Assembly: GCA_016840035.1 (NCBI GenBank)
Contig: JAEOTC010000031.1
Location: forward strand, 1 to 64,000
Direction of reading: 5' to 3'
Origin: Candidatus Hodarchaeota archaeon
Lineage (GTDB): Archaea > Asgardarchaeota > Heimdallarchaeia > Hodarchaeales > Hodarchaeaceae
Length of the DNA stretch: 64,000 bases
Of this stretch, positions 11,101-19,947 are shown piece by piece. The notes beneath the pieces were generated by a model. That model was not told the origin of the DNA, made no database searches, and worked only from the letters and a program-made list of their open reading frames with translations. A program made the translations under genes and the position numbers. Every line of letters begins with the position of its first letter. The stretch's first letter is position 1.

Positions 11101-11218
11101 TAGTAGCTTCGTAGTCCAAGATAAAGATAGGTTGGTTTACCTGTTGATTATAAAGATAAGGCTGAAACCATGAGCGATAACCTTGACTTACCCAACGATC
11201 TTGCCCTGAACTAGCCAT
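5189..11218 (-). CDS. polB: Family B DNA polymerase, DNA polymerase epsilon-like, intein-containing (about 1472 aa after splicing)
   Basis: ExoI AYDIET, ExoII GDRFDIPF, ExoIII YAACD; Pol-epsilon-type signatures IHLD...YSYLP, YTGGLVE...SGIFRSD, HVDVTSMYP...LQP, QLGMKVPLN|SVYG, ELDTDGVW, EQDGPY; C-terminal CxxC-x13-CxxC. Confidence 0.92.
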   Translation of the reverse strand: MASSGQDRWVSQGYRSWFQPYLYNQQVNQPIFILDYEATSRKDETYESTFDSDDTYSTRANRKIINGIQIYFLDEQHNKRSAFLRHAPYFYLLIAPALQSNQINRIIAQIQEMGENKVIAVSKEVCHDAADLTFLVKKDFLKVTVDHPRSVPSLRSQCEKIKGVVEWREADVLYNHRVAIDHNIRVGSWYQADISGGQIHQIEILRNKAPPELRILAYDIETVFDQTREPNPNRDAISMISLFTGETNHLIINDEVVETKDVSGIDIILKQKDADHSKPWVDWCKTGTELPSEIIIERVPVELKIFKTEQQLLHRFYEIIEDYKPDIIADFFGDRFDIPFLAVRSSNYNISLERRTGFKIKYKRQPNGQDKGKIDLRQNYSPASIDSVAGGGVIHLDAYLFNEKYSYLPKKDLGLKPSVEKKLKIIPIGREALFAIEESPVDAVGYAACDGYITYRYVKEIVLDFFISLGQMFPVPSSELLTRRAGSLDDLLIDAEDHHFNIVGRRRIEQKYIESFSPNLMIDSFAYTGGLVEARRSGIFRSDIFTEFIPDKNSLIELKPLIQDIITKNSKDIAKREMKNQFERRILEKFGDLSLSYTDDLELLLKNFKVALKKNGVSESLFEEKNDLLRGILEDLANIQTEGVENVVQETLSQVEKLIETTGPVQMRGVHVDVTSMYPSQIRQYKLQPSGIVPLSKCKECKHREKDDSCFFEGDWVIKLTARRPCKHRIKGSSKCDPSICTTKNESTCKEYEPEEATFGRIQEILTYNGKQTQAYRLKKKSGLIKIPLGKSYLGKNSTSIDPFKKIKRWLNQTVDATQLGIHLDKNHFDIFEDQPDDFHLPKNTYLSIDVRTKKITVLISVQSRVCQKAFNFVARIMDDFFITRVRHKFEAQRLKQVIQQKSMANQPVPPDMLRQQKFHDSTQLGMKVPLNSIFYDEPIVIIDEKGIQPVKIGDFVNRNLHSQEILSNSIKKGIKTFTFDNSGRIKIKDITHVFKHKTSHKSFLVTTENGRKVKVTEDHSVFVVEDNQDIVVRRGAELKRGEKLVIPKLFPPVPSKYRSVEINLIKLIDPSVLIKNNINLILKVRGGYFISKRWKTEIKILSKLVESKTKTAHKEIKRIFSDPRTATKNAKRLVKYDFIKDDGKYYSTNERSENYLSFLEIIIKKAKRNHHTESYDVPLIDVIEFIQFIPNEVFQEWEVGHYSGQFLKPLVPTEKLARYLGYYVSEGYRRIQRNSYDVNVCNNDKDIIQDMIQCASIFGDPTLSDNKNSTVVYVQSNNAVAYSILDSLGIGDDSKTKRIPNLVFNLPNEAKIQFLQTLIAGDGTIDYENKFIRYSTISDGLAFVDLPLLLLQLSVYQFTIKEETGTNYPIFRIKILQSIEGVAEFDYLLRKTSLDLVPSAWIPVNYSKNMSIGLFKEKGHTSKIVDSSIWFDHIKSIVEIETPEFVYDISVDETERFFAGHAYVGVHNSVYGLLGMRAGVRNASTPCAGITTKLSADLIHWVANQLESIGMVTELDTDGVWLWVPKDFPLDFQVTLSNPSEMDEKIYFKVSLIDKILNEKVVKAGFKNDNYWLNDGSTIKRTSKSLIQFEQDGPYDFQFVMGKKKYIVYNHLKQDNKWEEEEITGLESKRADFSKLQKHFQEEIIKAYLEDYHPENPITLEQIYQNAFKASDRIRTEVEGGNLDPSYFVKPKAINKDLREYKSKLPQVTAAYILKDLGYSIDPGIRIQMVNIKGNHVIPAQVFDFAFDKVKSVFIKHGICTLSFMLNELTSIEDIKQLVDTKQYLKDIYDPGRIYDRMIRFPMKNQQIQSGSQRTLNLEDIKEAEKQNIPETVLEEVSDSGGSSIVTKETKKPPRPVTITSKTRVQKNKRRKTRPKTQSLDAIFNFPKSPRPKKKVRKKKTEIEVNVVLDSQTVKPLMNSQKGSEAVETEEQIASKISSSIVTTDEIVELERAEIFTNGNTPKIQPLLSQEDSLSEDEIVCSQCGAFINISEVEEDGCVYCQSPKGIE
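6812..8422 (-). mobile_element. Intein with LAGLIDADG homing endonuclease (537 aa) inserted in polymerase motif B
   Basis: Removing aa 933-1469 restores KVPLN-SVYG. Begins SIFYDEP; block B VKVTEDHSVF; endonuclease motifs LGYYVSEG and FLQTLIAGDG; block F FVYDISV; ends VHN before extein Ser. Confidence 0.95.
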
Positions 11219-11737
11219 ATAATCTACTCGTAGTGTTAAAGTGGAAACTAATCACTAAGTGTAAAAACTTGTATAGATTCCAATATTTTGGTTTTTTCTT
11301 AATTAGACCCTTTATTTTTCTTGAATTTAGATGGTAATTTATTTGAAAGATAGATGTATCAGGTATTTTTTAATTAAAGAAAATCCCCTTCATGGAAAAC
11401 CGTAATGACCTTTATGTAGAGCCGATTTAAAAAAGTACTTACATGCTTTAGTATTTAAAAAGGCAATGCCTCAGCTTTATATAGTCCTTTAATGGTGATA
11501 TAGGTCTGTTAGGAAAACGAAGTGAGTATCTATCAGAAGATACCTCCTGTCCTTGATTAATGGGGCACATTTTAAGAAGAAGATTAACCCCAGAAACCAG
11601 AATGTTTTAAAAATCCTAAATCTTGTTTATAAATACAATTAATGAAAAAGGAAAATCGTGCAATTTCTTGGACAGAAATGGTAAAACTTTAGAGATTATT
11701 TGGAATCTATCAAGTGATTGTAGGAGATCCAAAGTTT

Positions 11738-11998
11738 ATGCAGCTCTCAAAACTAATAGAAAGATATCGTACGGAAATTCTTGGGTTATTAGCAGCTTTA
11801 GTTCTGATTATGGCTGGACTGATTTTTCCAAGTTTTATTCCTGATCAAATTGATGCTCCTCCAGGATTTCAGGACATGACTTGGGTAAGGACTTTGATTT
11901 CATATTTACTAATAGGAATGGGACTTGTGAGCTTCTTTTGGCTTGTAATAATCCACCGTTTCATGGTTCACCGAAGTAAAAAAGATTATATGTACTAG
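11738..11998 (+). CDS. Small two-TM membrane protein
   Basis: Two hydrophobic stretches; AGGAGA ahead of ATG 11738. Confidence 0.6.
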   Translation: MQLSKLIERYRTEILGLLAALVLIMAGLIFPSFIPDQIDAPPGFQDMTWVRTLISYLLIGMGLVSFFWLVIIHRFMVHRSKKDYMY

Positions 11999-12044
11999 AA
12001 GATATTGAGAAATCCATATCTTTAGAAAGGCTTGTGATTCAGTA

Positions 12045-12452
12045 ATGACAAAAGGAAAAAAAACTAGAGACCCTCCCTTGTATGTAAATTCAAATGTTTG
12101 GAAGATCCTGTTGGAAATTGAAGATTTACGTGTTAAAGAACATAAACTAATCAGAAAATTATGGGGTGATCTGAGAGAAGACAGTACTCGTAGGGTTCAC
12201 AAGATGGTCTTTGAGCAAGCACTTCAATCAAATTCAGCCTTTCCCTCAATGAATGAAAAGGAATTGGAAAAGTGGATAACTGAAAATATATCATCAGTAT
12301 TCATTGCACTCATTGAACAAGGGGATATAATCGTTGAAGAAGCTGAACCAAGCAAGTGGAGGGAAGCTGGGATTGCTATCTACGACAAAATCAAAAAAAC
12401 CGTAATTAAAGAAGAAGAAGAAACTACCCCCAATACCGAGAATAATGATTGA
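12045..12452 (+). CDS. Hypothetical protein
   Basis: 135-aa ORF, co-oriented and closely spaced with neighbours; no recognised motif. Confidence 0.6.
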   Translation: MTKGKKTRDPPLYVNSNVWKILLEIEDLRVKEHKLIRKLWGDLREDSTRRVHKMVFEQALQSNSAFPSMNEKELEKWITENISSVFIALIEQGDIIVEEAEPSKWREAGIAIYDKIKKTVIKEEEETTPNTENND

Positions 12453-12467
12453 ACTTGGAGATAGAGA

Positions 12468-15002
12468 TTGTCCTTTGAGTTAAAATCCAATATCGCCCTT
12501 AAACGGCATAGAAATTTTGCTTTAAATCGTATAAAGGATTTAATCAAGATTATCAGGAGGGAGAAATTCGGTAGTTTCAACACCAAATGTTCTTATCCTC
12601 CATTTTGGGAAATTCTAATCCTACAATTTGTCACAGTATTGCTAATCGAAATAAAAAATATCAATAAGGTGTTAAACCATCAATTTGAAAATTGGAAAGA
12701 AGTATTTGAAGAATTTAATGATCCAGTTTCTATTATAATCCAATTGAAAACAGTATTACCAATTTTGAAATCGCAGCATTGTCTAACTGCCGATTACTTA
12801 GGAAATAAGAATGAGTATCAACCAATCTTGAGGAATATTCCATGGGCTATCTATGCCGAGAGGATTACTGGAAATCACAAAATTGTGAGAAATTATATTT
12901 CTCTATACGACTCGAGTGATAATTCTCTAACCTTTGAGATCTTGGATAAATTACCTTCATTATTGAAAAGTTTTGACCACATAGATATCAAGAAATATGG
13001 AAGAATCTACACTCCATACTACTTAGCAGAACAGATTACAGAAAAAGCAATAAACCAATGGTATGATAATAAATTAAATCATAATCCAAGAAATGAGAAG
13101 AATTTGTGTCTTTCCCTGCTTGATCCTACCGTTGGAACAGGAACATTTCTTATTGCGGCAGGAAATATTCTATTCTCTAAGTTAAATAACAGCTTGACTG
13201 AGGAGACACCTTTAACGATTAAGACTGATATTGTAGAGAATTACATTTTTGGTTATGATAGGGATCTGCTAGGTATCGTGATAACCAAAATTAAATTGAA
13301 TTTGTGGATGTTAGATGATATCATCTCAATTTCTGAAGATCAGTTAGACCTAAATGATAACATTTTTCATCAAGATTCATTATTTGAGGATACAAAATCA
13401 GAACAGAATAGAGAAAGCCCGAAAATTTTCATTCTACCTTCCAAATCACGATTTCGTGATAGAATTCTTGACATCAATACGTTAGATTCAGAAATGAACA
13501 ATTGGTCGAATACTCACTATTTTATTATTGAAGGAATATTGCAGGATTGGAATGAGAATAAATCGCTTTTAGAACCCAATTCTAGTAAAAGGGTTTATTT
13601 TTCTGCTTCTGATTATTTTAATCCTACTAATTACACTTATATTGTTTTTCCAGACGGATTTCAACAAGAGAAATCACTTTCACTCAATGAACTCACTTTT
13701 TGGAGTTTTTTAGAAGCAGTTAATGAAAATAAAAAGAAACCCAACATTAAATTTGATATAATCATCGGAAATCCTCCTTATATAGCATTAACAGATTTAG
13801 CTATGATAACACGGTTATATCTCAAACTTTCATTCCGTAAAATTTATGATGGAAATTCTGATTTATCGTATTTCTTTATCAGAAGAGCTCTGCAATTTCT
13901 AAACTACAAGGGAGTTCTAGGGTTCCTGTTACCGAAAGCTCTTATTTCGAGTGTTCATGCACAAAAAATAAGGAATTATTTTTCTGAAAAAACACAAATT
14001 CTTGAGATCCATGATTTTGGAGATTACATGATGTTTCCCCAAATCAATATCAAAACATGTTTTCTCTTACTGCAAAACCAGAGTAGGGAAGAAAACAATT
14101 TTCTATCTGCCTATAAGTACTTTAAATCAGATCGATTGTATGTTAAGGAATTAAAAATTACACAAGACCATCTTAGGTCCGAAAAATGGATCTTAATATC
14201 GAGTTCAAAGATGGAAATCATCAGAAAACTCAATAGAATTTCACCTCATAAATTGAAAGACATCTCAGTGATAAGCAAAGGAATTGAGACGGGTTGTGAT
14301 GAAATTTTTGCACCTAAAACTCCCTACTTTTTCTCTAAGCATTTACGACTTGAATCATATGAATTTAAGCCATGGCTAAAAGGAAAGGAAATAAAACCCT
14401 TTACTATAGCACGTACAGGGAGAGAAGTTTTATATGCTCCAAAATCACAACAGGATCAGGTCAAAAAGTCCACAAGAGCTTATGAGTATCTCAAAGAACA
14501 TCAAAATGAATTAATGAACCGAAGTAGAGTGTATAAGTTCTATTTATGGAGAGAAGGAGACGAACGAAACACTATGGATTGGCAAAAAACCAAGATTGTC
14601 ACTCCATATAAAGGAAGTAGAAATTCATTTGCCATAGACAATCAAGGATGTCTTACCTCAAAGGATGTCGTATGGATCATCCCAAACAAGGCCTATTGTA
14701 GTAATGAAACCTTGCTAGTTCTGATTTCATTATTAAACTCATCGACCCTTACTTTTTACGCCCGTTGTACATTTAAAGATCTAGGTGGAATGTATGATTT
14801 CTATCCAGTTCAAATACAGAATTTTCCGATATTAATTCCTCCTGCAAAATCTCAAGAATATCTAGACCTAGTTTTCTTAGCAAAACAAGTATCTGCTCGT
14901 GAAAGTGTAAATAATCAGGGATTAATTCACGAAATAGATAAAATTGTGTATAAAATCTATGATTTGACTCAAAAAGAAATTTTAGTGATTGAAACTTCCT
15001 AG
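12468..15002 (+). CDS. N6-adenine DNA methyltransferase (Eco57I/TaqI-like gamma class) with C-terminal target-recognition domain
   Basis: GRIYTP (motif X), LLDPTVGTGTFL (I), FDIIIGNPPY (IV), LLNSS and GGMYDF in a TaqI_C-like tail. Confidence 0.85.
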   Translation: MSFELKSNIALKRHRNFALNRIKDLIKIIRREKFGSFNTKCSYPPFWEILILQFVTVLLIEIKNINKVLNHQFENWKEVFEEFNDPVSIIIQLKTVLPILKSQHCLTADYLGNKNEYQPILRNIPWAIYAERITGNHKIVRNYISLYDSSDNSLTFEILDKLPSLLKSFDHIDIKKYGRIYTPYYLAEQITEKAINQWYDNKLNHNPRNEKNLCLSLLDPTVGTGTFLIAAGNILFSKLNNSLTEETPLTIKTDIVENYIFGYDRDLLGIVITKIKLNLWMLDDIISISEDQLDLNDNIFHQDSLFEDTKSEQNRESPKIFILPSKSRFRDRILDINTLDSEMNNWSNTHYFIIEGILQDWNENKSLLEPNSSKRVYFSASDYFNPTNYTYIVFPDGFQQEKSLSLNELTFWSFLEAVNENKKKPNIKFDIIIGNPPYIALTDLAMITRLYLKLSFRKIYDGNSDLSYFFIRRALQFLNYKGVLGFLLPKALISSVHAQKIRNYFSEKTQILEIHDFGDYMMFPQINIKTCFLLLQNQSREENNFLSAYKYFKSDRLYVKELKITQDHLRSEKWILISSSKMEIIRKLNRISPHKLKDISVISKGIETGCDEIFAPKTPYFFSKHLRLESYEFKPWLKGKEIKPFTIARTGREVLYAPKSQQDQVKKSTRAYEYLKEHQNELMNRSRVYKFYLWREGDERNTMDWQKTKIVTPYKGSRNSFAIDNQGCLTSKDVVWIIPNKAYCSNETLLVLISLLNSSTLTFYARCTFKDLGGMYDFYPVQIQNFPILIPPAKSQEYLDLVFLAKQVSARESVNNQGLIHEIDKIVYKIYDLTQKEILVIETS

Positions 15003-15024
15003 AAGATTATTTACTTGAACTGAA

Positions 15025-17511
15025 TTAAGCAAGATAAGAAAAATCAGTTTGAGCTTTTTCAATACGCGTTCTTACAGTTTGTTGTAGTGTTTCATGCATG
15101 TGGGAAATTTCTTTATCTGAAAAATGACATAAAGTCTTGAGAAATCCATCTAATTCTTTTTTGGATTTAGGAGAGACATTTCTAATAAAAGAAATGGGTT
15201 CTAAAGTAATTACTTCTTGGAATGTAATCTCAAGAATTGAACTCAATTTCTTGAGAGGGGGAATTGGTATTTTTATGTCAAGATATTCATAAACTTTTAC
15301 ATCTAGTCCCCCCTCTCCCAAGTTACTCCTCCCAAGTAACTCAAGTTGCTGAGAAACGAAAACAGTATTAAGATATAAAAACAGAAACATCATAAGTTCG
15401 AAAGAATCTGGAATATCGTCATTCTTAGGAGTAATGCCATAAAATCTGGCATCAAAGTAATAATTCATGGGATTGTAAAAGAATGGATAACGATCATTAA
15501 TAGTCATTATGCAAAGTAAAGGACAATTCTTAAAATATTCCTTTGGTAAGGAATACCAGAATTTACGACTTGCGCAGGTTGTTCTATAAGCAAAAGATTC
15601 TCTCCCAACAGGTTTCCATGTTTCTCCCCAAGTTATGTAACTTCTGACTCCTGGGTGAAGTTCTGACTTTTTCTTCTTGGGTATCAACAGTACGATATAA
15701 TTTGTCTGTTCTTCATTAATACTAAACCCAGACACTTCTTTAGGAGATTTAATCAAATGATTTGGTGTCCAGAGATCAAGTTCTTTGTTATCAGGTAAAC
15801 TGAAATTTATCTGATCTTCAGACTTCTTTTCAACTGGATGCATCCAGTATTCCCTCTCTATTACAAAAGAATCAGCTTCAAGCAAAAATCCTTGTCGATT
15901 TAAATCCTCAAGTATATTTTTATCTTTGGGAGTTAACCACAAACTGGCATCATTTGAATTTATTGAGGAATCAAAGTATTTATTCGATTTTCCAGGTTTT
16001 CCAAGATAAAAAAAGTCATTTGCACCACTAGTGAATCCTCTACGAACTGATGTGAAATCTTTAAGATGTTTTAACTTGATTTTAGTGTTTTCCAAGAATT
16101 TCAAATAGAAATCAGGAGCCTTTGCGAATATTCCCCACTTAGGTTCCAATAAAAGCTTGTCTTCCTGAATAGAAAAGAACACACCATCTTTTATCTTAGT
16201 AAGCGTCTTTTCAACTCCCAGAGACGTAATGGTGGATAGATCCTCTTTGGAATTAACCCATAAAAACTTTATTTTGTGAGTAGAGGTATTTAGCGTTAAA
16301 CGTTGTTCTTTACTCTTAAACCTAAGAGAGACTATGGCAGTGTTCACATCAACCGAAGGAATCAGCTTTTTTAAGCGTGTAGATACAATTAGATCTATAT
16401 AAAAATATTCTACAAGAAATGTTTGGAGCATGGAACCATACTTAACATCCATCCATGAATTTGGGACTATAATTCCCATTGAATCTCCTGGATTTAGAAA
16501 TTCTGAGAGATAGAGGATAAAATAGATGTACAAGCTAGATTGACCAGAAATCTGGAGAGACTTAAATCTCTGTTTAAAATCTGAAATAATTTTAGTAGAC
16601 ATAATCTTCTCACGAATGACTTTTTTCTCCTCAGTAGATATTAACTCCTGACGAGTATATGGAGGATTCATCAAAACAGAAATAGGAGTCTTCGCACGTT
16701 GATGTAAATTGTCTAAGATCTCTTGACAAGTAAATAAATCTTTATTGTAAACACGAAAATTATTTGGTGTTTGATTAAATTTACTAAAAACTGTTAGGGC
16801 AGTTTCACAAACAAGTGAAAGCACTGGATCCTTTTCTATAGCAATAATTGTCTTTGTAGAGGACCCGCTAGAAGAGAAGAGTAATTCCAAGGTACGAAGT
16901 AGCATAACACCTGTACCAGCAGCAGGGTCGATAATGATATCAGAATCAGAGACTTTACATTGGTCAAAAATAAAATCCACAATTGGAAGTGGAGTAAAAA
17001 CTTGCCCTTGGATTTGCATTTGGTCTTGTTCAATAATTCTATCAAAATAGTACGGTAATTTCATCTGAGTGTAGTAGTCAACATTCGAGCTGTTCTGTTG
17101 TATATATTTAAGACATAATTTTGAAAGAAATTCATCCCTGCTGAAAAGATCAATGATTGATCTCAGAGGAAAAATTGGGGATTGGAATAATGGCAAATCA
17201 TGGTTTTTTTCTAGAATTCTCTCTAATATTCCAAAGATCTCACTGTCCCCAATTAAGTCTTCCTTTTCAATCGTTTTCAATCCTATGTTTAATAAATCAT
17301 AAATTAGAACTGAAATAAGAGTGGAAAGGGATTCCAAGTATTTTTCTTTGATATTCTTTTTATTAAAATTTGAATAAATTTGCAAAATATCATGTAGGGT
17401 CTGATTGGAGCTTGTAGATTTTATCAATTCGGTTATTATTTTAAGGATAGCAGGTGAAACTTGCTGTATAAAGTCAGAAAAGGGATCCTTTTCTCTAAAA
17501 TTCAATTTCAA
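15025..17511 (-). CDS. N6-adenine DNA methyltransferase (gamma class) with target-recognition domain
   Basis: GQVFTP, IIDPAAGTG, LMNPPYTRQE, VRRGFTSGANDFFY, LGRSNLGEGGLDVKVYE. Confidence 0.85.
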   Translation of the reverse strand: MKLNFREKDPFSDFIQQVSPAILKIITELIKSTSSNQTLHDILQIYSNFNKKNIKEKYLESLSTLISVLIYDLLNIGLKTIEKEDLIGDSEIFGILERILEKNHDLPLFQSPIFPLRSIIDLFSRDEFLSKLCLKYIQQNSSNVDYYTQMKLPYYFDRIIEQDQMQIQGQVFTPLPIVDFIFDQCKVSDSDIIIDPAAGTGVMLLRTLELLFSSSGSSTKTIIAIEKDPVLSLVCETALTVFSKFNQTPNNFRVYNKDLFTCQEILDNLHQRAKTPISVLMNPPYTRQELISTEEKKVIREKIMSTKIISDFKQRFKSLQISGQSSLYIYFILYLSEFLNPGDSMGIIVPNSWMDVKYGSMLQTFLVEYFYIDLIVSTRLKKLIPSVDVNTAIVSLRFKSKEQRLTLNTSTHKIKFLWVNSKEDLSTITSLGVEKTLTKIKDGVFFSIQEDKLLLEPKWGIFAKAPDFYLKFLENTKIKLKHLKDFTSVRRGFTSGANDFFYLGKPGKSNKYFDSSINSNDASLWLTPKDKNILEDLNRQGFLLEADSFVIEREYWMHPVEKKSEDQINFSLPDNKELDLWTPNHLIKSPKEVSGFSINEEQTNYIVLLIPKKKKSELHPGVRSYITWGETWKPVGRESFAYRTTCASRKFWYSLPKEYFKNCPLLCIMTINDRYPFFYNPMNYYFDARFYGITPKNDDIPDSFELMMFLFLYLNTVFVSQQLELLGRSNLGEGGLDVKVYEYLDIKIPIPPLKKLSSILEITFQEVITLEPISFIRNVSPKSKKELDGFLKTLCHFSDKEISHMHETLQQTVRTRIEKAQTDFSYLA

Positions 17512-17525
17512 ACCTTCACCTATAG

Positions 17526-18236
17526 TTATCTATTAAGAAATGTATCTAAGGGGATAATTTTCGGAACAACAAGACGATAGTATTGACAAATCACATTCAT
17601 AGGACATAAATAGCAGTTTGGTTGTTTAGCAATACAGATTGTTGCTCCTAGATCCATTATTGCTTGATTTTTATTCCAGACATCTCCATTGCTAATAAAT
17701 TCTTCAGCAAACAACCATATTTTCTTTTCGAATCGTGAATTCTTTACTTCTTCCCAAAAACCAAAGATCCGGCTTAGCACCCTCTCAACATTAACGTCTA
17801 CAATAGCAGCGTTCTTATCATTCTTTTCAAAAGCAAAGCTCAAAATCGCTCCTGCGGTATATCGACCTACACCTTTCAACTCTAAGAGCTCATCAAGAGA
17901 GGAGGGAAATCTACCCTTCTTTTCGTCAATAATTTCTTTAGCGATCGCAAAAAGATATTCCCCTCTCCGGGTATATCCAAGTTTATCTGTAATAGATCGA
18001 ACATGTTGAAGCGAAGCTCTTGAAAGAGCTTCTAGAGACGGAAACGTTTTCAAAAATTCCTTATATATAGGAATTACAATCTCTACATTTGTCTGTTGTA
18101 GCATTATCTCACTAACAAGAATGTGATAGGGATCTCGTGTCTCTCTCCAAGGTAAATCCCGTCTGTTTTCTTCAAACCATTCCAGCAGAAGTTCGATAAA
18201 TCTGTGTAACGTATTAAGTTGCGATTCATTAAGCAA
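17526..18236 (-). CDS. mutY: HhH-GPD DNA glycosylase, MutY/MIG-like short form with 4Fe-4S loop
   Basis: RDLPWR, VSEIMLQQT, LKGVGRYTAGAI, VDVNVERV, C-x6-C-x2-C-x5-C; no C-terminal NUDIX-like domain. Confidence 0.85.
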   Translation of the reverse strand: MLNESQLNTLHRFIELLLEWFEENRRDLPWRETRDPYHILVSEIMLQQTNVEIVIPIYKEFLKTFPSLEALSRASLQHVRSITDKLGYTRRGEYLFAIAKEIIDEKKGRFPSSLDELLELKGVGRYTAGAILSFAFEKNDKNAAIVDVNVERVLSRIFGFWEEVKNSRFEKKIWLFAEEFISNGDVWNKNQAIMDLGATICIAKQPNCYLCPMNVICQYYRLVVPKIIPLDTFLNR

Positions 18237-18496
18237 GTAGTTTCACTCTAATCAAATACACTGTAGGTGCGATGTAGATTCTTAAAAGATGAACAGTGAT
18301 ATAATGTTTATATGATTTACCTATTTTTTAATGGGAAAATCAGTATCCCTAGGAAAATTTTTCATTGAGGTACTAGGCGTAAAGTGTAGGAACTTTTTTC
18401 TAAGAATAAGGATTGAAGAGATTAAATACCGATAGACGAATCCTTAATAATCGAATGGCCTGTTTAGTGCTAAAAATAACGGGATGCTTGAAAAAA

Positions 18497-19297
18497 ATGA
18501 GCGAAAAAGATGAGTCAACAACTAAGAAACTTGGTCGTTTTTTTGGAAAGAAAGCTGTTGAAGCTGGTAATATAATTAACCGTGAGATGAGACGTGCGGG
18601 AAAAGTTGCTAGAGAAGAAATTTCTGATATTGATTTTGGAAATGTGGTAGTAAAACCATCTCAAAGACCAAAAAACGAATCCTACGTTAGATTTACACGT
18701 AGAGAGAGACCAACAAAAACTTATACACAAGCACATAGAACCGTTCAATTTTTCTCAAGGAATCCAGATAAAAAGGAAATGAATCCAGGGATAGATGGAC
18801 TTGTCAGTTTTTCAATTTTAATGACACCAATTGCCTTAATTATCGGATCATTAATTTTATTCACGGATTTGAATGAGTTTGTTGCTCTATTTCTTCTTTT
18901 TATGTATACCCTATTCATTGCGATTCCAGGTGCATATCTAGGATTAGATTCCATTCTAGCAGGAGCCCGATCGGTTATTTTGGGAGGTGCATCCGTTTTC
19001 CGCGGTTTTCTTGAGTTTATTAAACTAATTTTCAAAGGAGTCATTGAATTAGGAATTTTAATGTTAAACAGTATGTTTGGATTCCTAAAAGGAGCTTTTG
19101 ACACTGTAGCGGACTATGTAGTATTCATTATTGTCTATGCTATCTTTGCTGGTGGAATTTGGGCTATTCTTTTGAGCTTACAGTTAGAACTTGAAACATT
19201 GGTGGTTCTTGGCCTTATGGTCTTGATTCCAGCCTTACTACCCGCAAGTATTGCTCATCGCTATTGGTTAATTTGGCGCTTAGGAAGAAATTCTTAA
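18497..19297 (+). CDS. Membrane protein with basic soluble N-terminus
   Basis: Several hydrophobic helices in the C-terminal two thirds; ATG 18497 preferred over the upstream TTG. Confidence 0.65.
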   Translation: MSEKDESTTKKLGRFFGKKAVEAGNIINREMRRAGKVAREEISDIDFGNVVVKPSQRPKNESYVRFTRRERPTKTYTQAHRTVQFFSRNPDKKEMNPGIDGLVSFSILMTPIALIIGSLILFTDLNEFVALFLLFMYTLFIAIPGAYLGLDSILAGARSVILGGASVFRGFLEFIKLIFKGVIELGILMLNSMFGFLKGAFDTVADYVVFIIVYAIFAGGIWAILLSLQLELETLVVLGLMVLIPALLPASIAHRYWLIWRLGRNS

Positions 19298-19345
19298 TTT
19301 AAAGGTGATCGGAGATAATCACTACGATATCGGGGGTACACTTCA

Positions 19346-19813
19346 ATGGATAAGTTATTAGACGAAATAGATCGCACAATATTACGTACTCTCTATAAGG
19401 ATGGACGAAAAAAGTATCGTAAAATTGCAGAAAAGTTAAATGTATCCCCACAGACTATTTCTGATCGTGTCAGGAAACTCGAAGAAGAGAAGAAGATAAT
19501 CCGGAAATTTACAATTGATATCGATCCAGAAACCCTTGGGTATGGCATCGAGTTTATTTGTGAACTAGATATTAATGCAAGTTCTATGGAACAGATTCTG
19601 AAAATACTTGAAGGAATACCAGAAATTCATGAAATAAAGATTACAACGGGAATTCATGATATTTTATGCATTGGAAATGCAACCTCTATCGTGAACTTAC
19701 ATGATATCGTTGAAAAACAGATTTCTACCATTGAAGGGGTAAATAAGACATACACATCCATTACACTAAGAAAAGTTAAAGAAAACCAATTCCAAGTTTT
19801 TGACATAGATTGA
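19346..19813 (+). CDS. Lrp/AsnC family transcriptional regulator
   Basis: LDEIDRTILRTLYKDGR...IAEKLNVSPQTISDRVRKLEE HTH and RAM-domain TTGIHDIL. Confidence 0.92.
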   Translation: MDKLLDEIDRTILRTLYKDGRKKYRKIAEKLNVSPQTISDRVRKLEEEKKIIRKFTIDIDPETLGYGIEFICELDINASSMEQILKILEGIPEIHEIKITTGIHDILCIGNATSIVNLHDIVEKQISTIEGVNKTYTSITLRKVKENQFQVFDID

Positions 19814-19947
19814 TTTAGTTCAGTCATTTCTTACTTTTAATGGACAAACTCAATGGAGTTCGAGCTTCTAATATAGCTCTGATCAAAAGTTTTTTATTGA
19901 ATTATGATTTTGTCCATATAGAGATCTAAATTTTTGGTGAAAATAAA

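Noticed and set aside
11219-11737. Possible ncRNA or ribozyme (hairpins near 11526-11570) and 73-aa ORF 11623-11844
   Set aside because: Only short stems, no hammerhead/SRP/RNase P consensus; the ORF overlaps a better-supported membrane-protein gene.
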